From positions 18,324,766-18,347,886 of the forward strand of contig OZ316891.1 of the NCBI GenBank assembly GCA_973895155.1: a stretch of 23,121 bases of DNA, given 5' to 3'. This document shows positions 1 to 11,873 of the stretch, in pieces (the stretch's first letter is position 1; every line of letters begins with the position of its first letter). Below the pieces are notes generated by a model. That model searched no databases, was not told the origin of the DNA, and saw nothing but the letters and a program-made list of their open reading frames with translations. A program made the translations under genes and the position numbers. This stretch comes from Marsupella aquatica. Taxonomy: Eukaryota; Plantae; Marchantiophyta.

Positions 1-227
1 CCCCCAACCCTGCGACAGAGGCAGCTTTGATCATAGAAGTGGCAAGCCTTTGTCGCGAATTGTATTTCCCTAGTACGTACTTTTTGGGAACAGTTCAAGG
101 GCATTGCTTAGTTAACATGAAAACCGCCTAACTGAGTTCATATAATCTTACGTAAAACCAGCCATCAAAGTGGCATTAGATTTCAATTGTGTTGATGTTT
201 GGATTTTTTCGTGAACTTTTGTGGCAG

Positions 228-2624
228 ATAATGATACCCCTCATCACAGCCCAGTTGGAGGATGCTAGTCGCACTCAGGATCTTCTAAGGGTGAAAGCTT
301 GTTTATATGTTTTATGTACATCTCTTAGGGTAAGTTGGCTTGGCGCTGGCAAGTTTGTGGGGATAGTGTTCATGAGATATTTTGGTACTTTAGCAAGTAG
401 ATAGTACTTCGAGAATGATATTTTGAGTTTCTAACAAAGAGGACCTTCTATGATGTAGATAAGGGGTCAAGAGTCACTGAATCAACCCTTGATGACCCGC
501 GTCTGTCAACTTTTGACATCCATTTTGCTTTGGCAATGGGGACAAGATGACAAAGGTCTGCCCCTTGCGTTCCTTTTGTTATAAGTTCAGTAGGTTCTTT
601 CACTTTTTGTTTTGTTATCGGCCATTTCACTCTCTGGTTTCCTTATAGAACATTCATACTAAGATGATATTTTGGCAGGGTTTTCTGAGGTTGGCAAAGT
701 CCAGCACGGTTGTATGGATTGCTTTGCTATGATGATATGTGCGGAACTACAACCCCGACAAGCACCCGTGCCATCTTTGGAGGAATCACACGTTGATCTT
801 TCCACTCAGAGAACTGAAACTGATTTGGTTGATGAACTTTCTCAGTCAAAAGAGGTTGAGAATAGTCTTCTGTCGCCAAAAATCACGTTTGTAGAGGAAC
901 TTCCAGAATCAGAACAGCTTAAAACCCTTCACATGGTTGGAAGTGAACAACATAGGGTGTTGGAAGATGTTTCCACGAAAGGACCGGGCCAAACTCGGCT
1001 ATCAAAGCGAAGACATTCGAAGCTGATTGAAGAGCTTCCTGATAGGAGATTGGCACCAGAAACAGATTTTAGAGGTATATGGAGATCATCCTGTCAGGGA
1101 GCTTGCAATCAAGTTTCAAAGCAATTCTGGCATTCCACTCTCTAATTTCCGTCTTTTGGGTACAGTATTCAAAATCTTAGTTACTTCTCGTGCCGTCTGA
1201 TAGCTACCACACTTGAGTACTAATCTGATGATCATGCTTTTACAAGTTAGTTGATGTAAAAACCTTTCTTTCATGTACAGGTGCAGAAGACCAGCCTACT
1301 GGTTCACACCCAGCAATTCTTTTACCTTTGATCGCCTGTTTGATTGGGCAGCACCAGAGACTACCTTGGCTCATCCCGTCAAGTGCTCAGGCGTCTGGGA
1401 AAGGAGTGGAGGCTGTGCCTGGAGACGTAGGCAGCCCCATTACAACCGTTTCAAGAGCTTTTCGTGTGTGCATGGCGAACGTGTTGATAAGTGCTTGCCA
1501 GAAGGTGGCACCGGGTGCTCGTACTTTGCTTGCATCAAGAATGATACTTCCTTTGGTTAATTTTGTTCAGGTTAGTTTTCCCACGAAACCCTACCCGGTC
1601 AGCACTGATTTCCAGCCACTAGGCCATCAATGAGGCAAAGCCATGTCAGGGGTAGTGACGTCCATCGCATGAGTCAGACGCTTGTCAAGCCACGTAGACT
1701 TTGACTTTTTAGTACATGTGATTACACGAAGCTGTTGTGAGACATGCAACGTATTTAGCCGTATTGTTCTGCTTGTTAATCACATTGTTGCCATGTTGTC
1801 CTTAAAGAGAATGCATCGATTAATCTTTTGGTCGAGATGGTGGTATGCTTTTTGTACGTAGAGGGAATATAACAGGTCCGTCTCGTGGTAGTTGGCTTTC
1901 GCTGCTGTTGTGTAATGCTCTGAACTCTCTGTGAACAGACCAACACTGATTCAAAACTACGTGGAGCATGCCTTCAAGTTCTGTTTACTGCTGTTTATCA
2001 CCTGAAAGCAGCAGCAGTGCTACCTTACGCAATTGATTTATTTGACATCTCAATTGCAGCTATCAAAAGCCAAAGCTTGCTTGAGGTATGGGCTTCCTCC
2101 CTTCCATGCAACTTCGTGTTGAAGCATCTCGCCTTAATATTCTTACGGTTTTAAGCTTTTGGCAAAGTTTCAGTCTCTCTCCTGCAAGTAGCTGTCCAGT
2201 TAAGATTGCATAACCTAATGCAGCTTCCTAACCCATGTCCTGACTAGTATATTGGCGGAAAAAGTAATGTCGTGAACTCCATGTGCTAACGTTTCCCAGA
2301 GATCCTAAATGTAAGTGTTTGGCACCTGACATTTGGATAAAGATTATGGTTGTGGGCGGTGGGCTGTGGTTTCGTACCTGCACGCTACTCTCTCGCCTTC
2401 TCTTAAATATTCTCCGGATTTTCTCGCAGGAACGAATCGGTGGAGCAAAACTTCTGGCATCCTTGCTGGGTAGTGATGAAACCTTGGTGAAAGACTTGGC
2501 TCCTCGTCTCATCGATGCACAATTAGCTCTATCAAGTATCTCCGCAATGGACAGTTCTTCAGAGCTAAGACTGATCTGTGAAAAACTCTTGTCTTGTTTG
2601 TCAACACCAGGAGAGACTCTGTAG
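228..2624 (+). CDS. 3' part of a multi-exon gene for an ARM/HEAT-repeat-like alpha-helical protein (uncharacterised plant family, recalled as AT3G57570-like); 5' end lies outside the window
   Basis: Manually spliced exons 228-329, 459-555, 679-1074, 1281-1570, 1939-2085, 2430-2624. All introns are GT-AG with matching phases (0,1,1,0,0), giving one open frame ending at TAG 2622-2624. Peptides include IMIPLITAQLEDA...KACLYVLCTSLR, QHGCMDCFAMMICAEL, FRVCMANVLISACQK, LRGACLQVLFTAVYHLK..VLPYAIDL and ERIGGAKLLASLLGS...ICEKLLSCL. Exon structure is seen in the sequence; the family label is from memory and needs BLAST. Confidence 0.8.
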
Positions 2625-4428
2625 TGCCGTTGGTAGTGGAATTTCCCTCGCTGAGCTGGGACATGTAATCCTAGAAAATAGGGAGGAAATCTTCCGTTTT
2701 TGGACTCCTTGTTGGCCACACATTGTGTGGAAAGTCCAGGAAATTAGTTATCTCTACCTTTGAGCACCTCATCGCTTCTACTAGGATGTACATATCTATT
2801 GAACATACACATTCAATCGTTGGATTCATTCTATCGTGAGTCTAGTTCTCTTCTTACGTTTTGCAGTATTGTGTGTAACTCAAAGCTTTCGTCCACACTT
2901 GGAAAGATGATCCATCTGTCCCCAATTGCAGGGAAACTCTCAGTCCTGCACTATCACAGACAGAGGGTACTGATCGTACATGTGCCTCGTAGCACGATCT
3001 GTCTACTGGATCGATGGTGACAACTCTTCTGCCTGCGATCTGATGAGCGGAAATTTATCAATCATGCAAACTAATGAAAAATCATATTTTCTTCTTTCAG
3101 GGTTTTGTGGTCTCTTGGTTCTAACAACTATTGCGTGTTTACACAGCTTGACCATGTATTCAATTAATATACAGAACGAAAAAAATAAAAATTCAAAATT
3201 ATATAGCGCGAGATGGTGTCCACAAGATCATCTTTCAGGGTGCCAAGAAGTTTTGTCGTGGCTCTCCGTTAACTTCTATTTAACAGCCTATAGCTCAATT
3301 AACTCCATCAAAGTTTGTCTTCAAACCTTCTTGTGATCAGGAATTGATCACTGCAATGCATCACTATCCTGAAGGAAACAGCTGGATTCGTGGAAAGTTT
3401 AGCTCTCTTCCACCAAAAAGCAGCGAATGTTCTCCAGTACTACAATCTATCTATATTGACAAGTGTTGATAGCAGATCAACAGATAAATCTGCGAAGCAA
3501 AGCATTAAGCAGGTTGAGTTACTCTGTGTCGACACCAGGTACTTCAATTGGCTCCTTGACGTGGGCTTAATCTTACGTCGCCATCACAGAAATTAGCAAA
3601 TATGTCATACAACGAGGAGACCAGATAATTTCCCAGATTGCCATTACTAGACTCCAAATCATGACAGGTGATGGCTTTTCTCACTAACCTACACTATCCA
3701 AACTCCAAACATCGCGGTTGAATTGGAGTGGAGAGGAGGTTCCCTTCCTTTGGATACATGGATGGTTGGATAGATGCAGACACCATTTGACAACATTAAA
3801 ATATATATGCTTCAATCCTGAGATTCAATGGCCATGCAGAGATATCTTGCACGAATACTATTTTCTTTGCCCAAGCTGTTCAATAATTTTAGTCTCGAAT
3901 AGTGATCATTACACGTGAACGTTAGAGACCAAAAAACATATATCTGCATGACCACTGAATCTCAGGAATCAAGCACTCTTATGTCCTCAAATGTGGCATC
4001 AGAGTGGAGTCAGTGCATCAAACTCAATCGGGCTGCAATAGTGAAGTGAATGGTTCGAAGAATGAATATTTTGCTTGGAAATCTCAGAAATTATGGTAAG
4101 AAGAAGAGATTCAATATACTCACATCGATTTGACCAGTGCTTTTTGGCTTTTCAAGAAAGGCACTCAGGATTAACGTTAATTTATTGAAGCATAAAACAT
4201 GACCAGAACACAAGGCAACAGAATATCAAAACAGAACCTGCATAAGAAAAGGATGGATGGATAGATAGACTAATAAATAACACTGCCGGTGGATTAACCA
4301 ATGCTTTTGGGCCCCTAAAAAATAAGATGAAGGAGCCAACCAGAGCTACAGTGATGTGGATATTAGTTAACCCTTCAATCGTTTGTTGATGAGTGCAGGT
4401 TTTAAGAAAAAGGAAAGAGACAATTACT

Positions 4429-4570
4429 GGATCTGGTCCACTTGGGGACTCTAGGATCTGGTCCACTTTGGGGCTCTGGTTTAACTCTCTCTCCGTCCTT
4501 GTCTGGGTCGCGTGGGATCCCTGAGTATGACCCCCATTGTGGTTACCCTATCGCCAATCCCTTGTTGGAT
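4429..4570 (-). repeat. Dispersed repeat family R1, copy 1 (inverted, more diverged)
   Basis: Reverse complement reads ATCCAACA...GGTCATACTCAGGGATCC...GACCCAGACAAGGACGGAGAGAGAGTTAAACCAGAGCCCCAAAGTGGACCAG, colinear with 9406-9510. Contains a local duplication of GGATCTGGTCCACTT. Confidence 0.6.
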
Positions 4571-5599
4571 AAATATGCTGTGAGTTAAAAAGAGCCTTAA
4601 TGAAACATATGCTTTCAGGACCTGTGCACCGTCCACTTCACTTCACTTCACATTCGTCAGACTTCCGGCCTAAGTTCTGGTACGAATCAGGATAAATTGT
4701 GTGCCTACTAGATTGGAAAGACCGCAGACATCCTTGCTACATGTCTCCTGTATGTATCAATTCGAAAACTTCACGAAGTCGGATTAAATTCGAATGGCTT
4801 CCTAAAGTTTGGTTAATTTTGCACGCAAGGAACGGAATAAGCATTTCCACACAGTTTGTCTTTTGGGTGATCTTTTCAAGAGCAAGATCTTCTTCTTCAC
4901 GGATTTTTCAACGACTCAATTATTGATTCCAAACGAGTCTGCAAGCGCGAGCAGACTGAGAAAGGTGCTGGAAGTTGATGATATATATTAATAAAATCGT
5001 CTATGGTCATGGGAGCGTATTGTATAAGTAACCCTCCCTCCCTCCCTCCAAGAAAGTCTTTAAAGCAAAGAGTAATGGCAGATCTCATCAGCGCGCAGCT
5101 ATGTTACAAGTAGGGTGCATCATTCTATCTGTCGATAAAGGATTCATAGTGACGCATGGATCCGACCGAGCCTACTGTTTCTTCGATGCGCACTTGCAGT
5201 GTACTCTCTTCTGAGAAAACAATTGAAAATCATGAACAGTCGACGCCTCATAAATTTGGCCCAGAATATCTCCCTGTCCAGTTCCACGAATCACATTTTT
5301 TTTTAAATCTTTACGAGAAAGCAATGGTGGAAGGGTTTAGGGTCCCGGTCAGTGTCAGATCTTGGAAAAGAATGAAAGATTCTACAGTAGGTGAATCCTA
5401 TCGGCGTTGACCATTTTACCATGAGCTGTTCGCCGTTTTCTTTGAATAATTGTTAGAATGGAACTCTAGGCTTTTGGCTGATAGCTTCGGATCTCTGCTT
5501 TTGCACAGATTGCCTCATCTACATGCCTCATCTACAACAGCGTGTATATGAATTAGGGAGCAACTGAGAAAAATACACTGCAACATAGTTTAGTTCACG

Positions 5600-5750
5600 G
5601 ACTCCTTGGCTTGTTGGGCTCCTTGGTTTTCTACGGGTCTGGCCCTTTTCTTTTCCTCGATTGGGTCGTTTTTGTCTATGAGATCTTGTCTCTAGGTTTG
5701 GCCCCGGGTTTGGCCAGTTTTGTCTTTTTGGCAGTGTGTTACATATATAT
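5600..5750 (+). repeat. Probable R2-like T-rich retroelement tail remnant
   Basis: A-poor, T/G-rich tract ending in ACATATATAT; GTCTATGAGATCTTGTCTCTAGGTTTGGCCC resembles GCCTATGAGACACTTGAGCTTTTGATTTGGCTC near 9248. Confidence 0.35.
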
Positions 5751-7582
5751 CACAAGCACAATTCCCATGCATTGCATGATTAGCGTGGGTGAGGCATTGA
5801 TGGCGGGCCGGCGCAAGGCATGAACTTCAAGGCGGAGTGTGCAGCCATGCATATGGAGGAGGGACGCAGGGTTATTTGCAAGGCATGGATGAGTTGTTGG
5901 CCAATCGAATGCCGCAGCAAAACAGTTTTTCAGTGAGGGACAAGCATTTCTTTGGCCCAGATGACACTCTGTAATGATACGAACAAGGGAGAATGGGTGA
6001 CATTAAATATTATAATGTGGATATGTGCTCCATAGATTTCTGCTCCTCTATGGTCTGCGAGTAGTTTACGTCACCTGGAACTCGGGGACCTATTCGTTTA
6101 AAGCTACTACGTCACTCGGGGAAATATTTCGTTGAAGGATACCGCGTGAGAAAAACCACTGTACTTCGTTTATGGCTGGCTACCACGTGAGGTAAATTAT
6201 TATACTTGGGGCATGGCTCACCAAAAATTCCTACTAAGTGGTTCACGTCACTGTCTTGTACGAATTGCAATTAGTATCTTGCCAGCGAGGAATTAGTTAC
6301 TTAGAACGTCTGATCGAAATTACGTACAGCTGTAAGGATAAAACAGAAGCCAGTTGACGATCAAACGCTAGCTTGGTCAAGCTATCGCGGTATCGCCCTT
6401 CTATCAGCGGCGTGGATGATTGTTCGTGAAAATCATTATCAGTACCCAGGAGTTTTTCGTTCTCCAATCACATGTACTCTGATTGGCTTCCCGTAATAGT
6501 CCATCAAAACGTGACAATATGCTGTGATTACTCACCCAATTAGTTTGCTGATTGCTTGAATCAATGACTGTTATCCTAAACACATATTGGAGATGGATTT
6601 CATTAACTTGGCAACATATTTTAAACGAATTGGTTACGTACCCGTACAACTACTGACAGGCTCGTGACAATAGTCATTGGATCCGAACTCTAGCATCAAC
6701 TGGGTACTGTGTTGTAGAAAGTACAGTCTAGTAGTTTGTCTTGTCGTCTGGCAATGAAATAAATCACATTATTCCTAAATCGAACTATGTAACGGGAATT
6801 AGAATATTCTCTGCAAAGCTTAATATTTAGAGTGAAGCACAGGCTCTGATTCTATTGACGTAATTGAAGTTGGGGCTATTGGAAAATGGAGTACGATTGA
6901 GTCTCTAAAAATGGTGCAAGCTTGAATGTACGTACGCTCACTATGTTCAAAGACCAGTCACCTAGTCTAGTGACCGTTACTAAACAACAACTAATCCTAC
7001 TCACTCACAATCTTTATTTCGTTGCTATCATGCGATATTGCGATGATATCAATAGGAGGAAGAATCAGAACGTGGTCGTCAGCAGGTAAGCTAAGCGCAG
7101 TCCGCTTGATGAATATTCTTCGCCGAGTAGCAACGTTTTGTGCTTTCCGAGGGGATTCCCACTTTCCCTGGTTTTCTGGCTTTTTTACGTAGCGTACAGG
7201 GATTCCGTGTAGCGCTCCAAGTAACACCCTATGAGGTGGCAGGCTATACCTTGTGCGCGCGGTGCTAGGTAATGTCTCCTTCAGTCATCCCCATTTGCTC
7301 TGGACTTTTACTTTTGCAGGTCGACTCTACAGTATGAGTTCAGCCTCCCTTGTATAATAAGTCAAATACAAGGATTGAATTGAAGATTCGAAGGATTCAG
7401 AAACAAAACGTAAAGTAGTAACTGGTCAACGGTGCCCGCGAGGATGGCGGAGAAAGTGGGCCGACATAATTATTGCATACATCATTTTGAATGGATTTTT
7501 CCCGTGTTTTGATCCGTGTTTGATTCCGTCATCGATGTGCTCAACGGATCCTTTCACAGTTTCAGCAAATCCACTCGCTGTT

Positions 7583-7786
7583 CTCTGAGTCTCTGACTGT
7601 CCCGAGTGGATTCAGCGGAGCCGGACATCGGCGAACAAGAAGCGAAATGCCAAAGAAAGGTTTGCCGTTTGCTTAGATATTGTCCTCTGAATCTCTGACT
7701 GTCCTGAGTGGATTCAGCGGAGCCGGACATCAGCAAACAAGAAGCGAAATGCCAAAGAAAGGTTTGCCGTTTGCTTAGAAATTGTC
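7583..7786. repeat. Tandem duplication, 102-bp unit x2
   Basis: 7583-7684 and 7685-7786 differ at 5 positions. Confidence 0.95.
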
Positions 7787-8052
7787 ATTTTGCTGCACAC
7801 TGCAGCTTCTCAAAGCTCCAGTTACGTGACGAAGGTTTTTTGTCATAAACAAATGTTCATAGTACTTTTCACATCACTATTAAAAAGTATTTTCTTTTAC
7901 TAACCTTACATTAGTGACATGGTTATTCCTATAACCAACCTTTATAGCAATAGTTACGGATCATAAATCTGGTAGTCCATAGTTTTTTTGGTCCCCTCAC
8001 CTTAGCTACTAAATTTAGTCCATCAAATTTTGTGGTTAGACATCTCCTATTG

Positions 8053-8220
8053 TATATATAATCTTGCCATAAGGAAAACGTTTAAGACACGCAAGATCCC
8101 AAAAGCAAGGGGGGGCCCTATGAAGAGGAAATACAAGAGAAAAACCCATTGTGATGAAAGAGCCAAAAAGCCCAAGAGATCACACTAATTGCAAAACAAA
8201 TAAAGCCATACTGAGCAACA
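8053..8220 (-). repeat. Repeat family R2: T-rich, retroelement-3'-tail-like segment
   Basis: Reverse complement of 8092-8109 (CTTGCTTTTGGGATCTTG) matches 9331-9348 (CTTGCTTTGGGGATCCTG) at 16/18, with colinear GGCTCTTT...TATTTC upstream; ends in (AT)n. Confidence 0.5.
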
Positions 8221-9229
8221 AACTGAAATGGGTAGCACTCTAGAGCAAAGTGCATAGGAGGGTCACACACAAAAAATTGATTGAAGGCCCACAAAAATTT
8301 GATTAGAGACCCTACAACCAACATGCCCCATGCTTTTCTTTTTTTGGATTCTTGGAGGGGGGAATCGCCATCTTTTAGGTTGTTTAAATACAACGTGTCT
8401 TTCGAGGTGAAATTGCTATCTGGACCAAAAAGCCAGGACCAATTTACTAAAGTGACACTTCCAATCAGCCACTTTTCAGTGGAGAGTAGATACAACGGAC
8501 TCAATTCTCTCCGAATTGATATCTTATTTTTTGCTTTTCAATCCTTGTCACTAAAGGGAGGGAATCCAAGGCTACATAGCTAAGAATAGGCTACATGCAT
8601 TTATACCTCTTTCTAGTGGAATTTCGTTTTGAAGAATATTTTTGTATGTGTAGGTCCTACAGGTTGGTCTCAATAGGGCCTCTCAAACTTACTATCCCAC
8701 AGACGTTTTACAAGACTGGAATGCGGAGGGCCTAGTTGCAGATCAAAATGTGTGGTTTGTGAAAAGGTCTATTGCCACTAAGTTGGGCAATCAGTGGACC
8801 CTGAACTAACATCGGCAAAAATTGGTCTGCACAAAAGTATCAGCACCTTTCAAGAATTATGGGCACCCTTGAGAAGAAATGACCAACTTCAAAAAATCAA
8901 TTACAATGAGGCTGAGATAACATGCAGGTGGGTGTTATGACCCATCTCAAATCAAAAACCACCGGGGCTGAGTTTTTGTCACGGTAGCAAACAGAAATTT
9001 TCCCGCAGCTGCTCACCGGGGAAAAACTGGGGAATAGCAGGTTTGAGATGCTGTAATGTAGAAGCAATCAGTCAGAGTGTGAGAGTGACCAATCAGAAAT
9101 TCTTATGATGCATAATCATGGCCTTCTTATCACATAGAGTAGGTTTTTGAGGACAGTAAAGCGGGCAGTAAAGAGGACTTTGCCCCTGGCTCTAGGCTAG
9201 AAGGCTTTTAAGCCTAGCCTCCTCCTCAT

Positions 9230-9398
9230 TAGGGTTTTAGTCCTGTTGCCTATGAGACACTTGAGCTTTTGATTTGGCTCTTTGGTCTAGTTCCTGAGTT
9301 TTTCCTTTATTTCTCCCTTGTATTGGATCTCTTGCTTTGGGGATCCTGTCTTCAGTTGTGGTTAGACATACTTGTTTTTGCCTTGAAACTAAATTAAA
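9230..9398 (+). repeat. Repeat family R2 copy (+), abutting R1 copy 2
   Basis: Similar to the reverse complement of 8053-8220 and, more weakly, to 5600-5750 (CTATGAGA..CTTG...TTTGGC). Confidence 0.5.
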
Positions 9399-9557
9399 CT
9401 GACCCATCCAACATACAGAGGATAGACGATCAACTCCGGTCATACCCAGGTATCCAAGAGGGACCCAGACCAGAAGGGAGAGGGTTGAACCAAAGCCCAC
9501 AAGCAGACCAGCCAGGGGCTAAGGAGAAACTTGCCCACCACTACACCCACCCACACA
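9399..9557 (+). repeat. Dispersed repeat family R1, copy 2 (probable retroelement remnant)
   Basis: Shares ACAGAGGATAGACGAT, ATACCCAGG, GACCAGCCAGGG and CCCACCACTACACCC with 15110-15290, in the same order. Confidence 0.75.
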
Positions 9558-9659
9558 GTGGCAAATACCCTCCACAACCCTTGCATGTGGAGAGGGAATT
9601 GTGTTTAGACTTTTTGTTTTTTGTTACTATTATATATATTTGGCCAGTACGGATTAAAA

Positions 9660-9846
9660 CAGATTTTTAGAATTTTTGTATGCTACCACTGTGTCAATGA
9701 GTCTTTGGCATTCTGAAAATTTATTGTTCCTGATAAATGTTACTACCTCCAAATCTGGCTGTCTGTGCACCAGCAACTGCATACAAAACTGATCCGCACA
9801 AATGTGCTGCCCTTTGAAGAACAGTCAGCGCCTTTAAAAAACTGTG
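9660..9846. mobile_element. Possible third, more degraded hAT-like MITE remnant
   Basis: Left end CAGATTTTTAGAATTTTT...CCACTGTG resembles the left end of copy B; right end GCGCCTTTAAAAAACTGTG resembles the TIR. No TSD seen. Confidence 0.3.
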
Positions 9847-11393
9847 GGTGTGTTGTGACAAGTCTCAAACATAATGTTTCCTGGGTACAACTAGCCCAAA
9901 AGCTGGAACTGAGTGAATGTCAAGGATGGAAATTCCCCCCAAAGATTGAATGAAAAACAGGGAACAACTTTATAACTACTTTGTCACTGATTGTAATTGA
10001 TAATATTATCACAATATTTTGTTGTAATTGCAAATATGTCAAGTTCTAACAAGTTGACTAATCTAACCAAAGGAACTATATAGAAAAACAGAGGAATCTC
10101 TGTAAGTTCAATAATAGTAGTTACAGTTAGTATTATAAATTCAACCATCTTTAATGAAATTACTTAAAAATAAACGGGGAATTAGTAGGCTTGAGACTCC
10201 TCTAGTTGCCAAATGAAAGGCTGTTTTTAAGGGGCTAGGTTTGTAGTGAATACTCTAGACCTTAACTCCTGAGATAATAACTGATAATGAGATTTAATAA
10301 GGTCAAAATTTTAAAGACAAAACTAAAATGAGGATCACAAAACTAGAGCAAGGATTAGCAAAGACTAACGAAAATAACATATAAATTTTATTATGCATGA
10401 TTTTTGTTTTCTTTGTCTATTTCATTAAAGGATTCGAAGAACGGGTATCGGGCTACTGTAGTAGTACAGATATTTGAGAATAAGGCAAACTAGACTCCCT
10501 AATAATCACGTAAATTAGCCCCCCAATCATTCTTTGTTTCTGTCCTACAGGCAGGAGCCATGACGTTGAGCTGATGACGGAACGACGAGTCCAGAATTCC
10601 AGAAGTTTCGAGAAACGAGGAGCGGACAATGAATTGAAGGTTTTTAATTCAACTCAAAACATTTCAATCCCGACACAGTATTAATTAGGAAGAGACGAAC
10701 TGAGCCGCAAAGAAACAGCCCAAAAAGTGTGAAAGACTGGTATCGTTTCTTCTATCTTGCCTTCGTCGTTGGAACGGAAGAAACGAGACCAACGCGAATA
10801 TTTGGTCAATGCCGCAACCTCTTTCAACGTACCCGAACGACCGTCCTTGCTTCCTTGACCGTCTTCTGTAGCCTACAACTCAAGCAAACCTACCTCTCCG
10901 GATGTCCGGCCGGTTACCCCGATGTGCTGCACCACTAAAGGGAGGCTAATAGGCTATTGACCCCGAGAACCATGGCCATAAGTCCAATCCAGTTCATAGT
11001 TCCATTAGTTCATATGTTCATACGTCCGTTACTCCGACATCTGTCATCTCCACAAATGAGAGTCGTTTCATACGTGATCGCTGCTGATAGAGAGTCATTT
11101 CATAAGCCATCTCTGCCATAACTTTACAATTCAATAATCCTGCCAATCATTTCGTGATTCAGATCTCGATTCAGTCAACTGAGAGAAATGTCCACAATGT
11201 ATAGACTGATGAAGAAGTCGATATTGTCTCACCACGAATGGACGTGATTGCAATGAGTAGCGATATTATTTCGATTTGTCTCGTTAAGAAACCGTGAAAC
11301 TCACATCAGCATAAAACTCAATATTAATTTACTGATGAATCCTCGTCAATTCCCGAAAGTAGGTCCATCATTCTTACGGCATTGGAGGCGACG

Positions 11394-11514
11394 ATCAGAC
11401 GATGCATCCACGCAATGCGATAATAATCATGTAAGTGTGGCAGCAATGAGCTTAATCAAACGATGCATCCACGCTGAATGATGATGTCAACTGTGGCAAC
11501 AGTCAGCTCAATCA
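11394..11514. repeat. Degenerate tandem duplication, ~61-bp period
   Basis: ACGATGCATCCACGC occurs twice 61 nt apart, each followed by TGTGGCA..AGCT.AATCA. Confidence 0.75.
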
Positions 11515-11582
11515 TGCGCGTTGTAGGAAACCCCGCCCGAGTGTTTCAGCATCTTCAGAGGATTCCTTCCAGTTGTGGGCAT

Positions 11583-11873
11583 CAGCTTCTTTTTTAAGGT
11601 TTTTACTCTTTCGCCAGAGTGGCAAATGTACACAGGAGAAGATATCCAAATTATTTCTGATTATTTTACTGACGGGTCAGATCTCCCTAGATGTCAGATC
11701 TCCCCACAATTAAGGATGATGGATGACCGTTAAATTCTGGCTAATGGGGCTAGTGATTAAGCACACATTGGGTAATGAGATAGAAAAATACTAGCACTTT
11801 TTTGCCAACAGTGATGGCAAACTTTTTGAGGAGATGAAATTTGGCAAGTTTTTGCCTCTAAAAAAAACCTCTG
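11583..11873. mobile_element. Non-autonomous hAT-like MITE, copy A (~290 bp)
   Basis: Termini CAGCTTCTTTTTTAAGG ... CTCTAAAAAAAACCTCTG form an imperfect TIR (CAG...CTG). Flanks GTGGGCAT (11575-11582) and GGGGGCAT (11874-11881) give an 8-bp TSD with one mismatch. Interior is colinear with copy B. Confidence 0.7.

Noticed and set aside
1-227. Additional exon of the ARM-like gene at the window start
   Set aside because: One frame is open for ~40 codons, but I found no convincing phase-0 donor or family similarity; treated as intron.
2228-2719. 163-aa minus-strand ORF as a separate gene
   Set aside because: Antisense shadow of the last exon of the ARM-like gene, with no recognisable domain.
2760-5410. 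Short ORFs downstream of the ARM-like gene as further genes or RNA genes
   Set aside because: No motifs, no consistent exon chain and no tRNA/rRNA/snRNA signature; likely 3' UTR and intergenic DNA.
8118-8900. ORFs 8118-8504 (-), 8281-8583 (+) and a CxxC-like string (KCVVCEKVYCH) as LINE ORF1/ORF2 remnants
   Set aside because: No recognisable RT, endonuclease or complete zinc-knuckle motif by eye; needs TBLASTN before any call.
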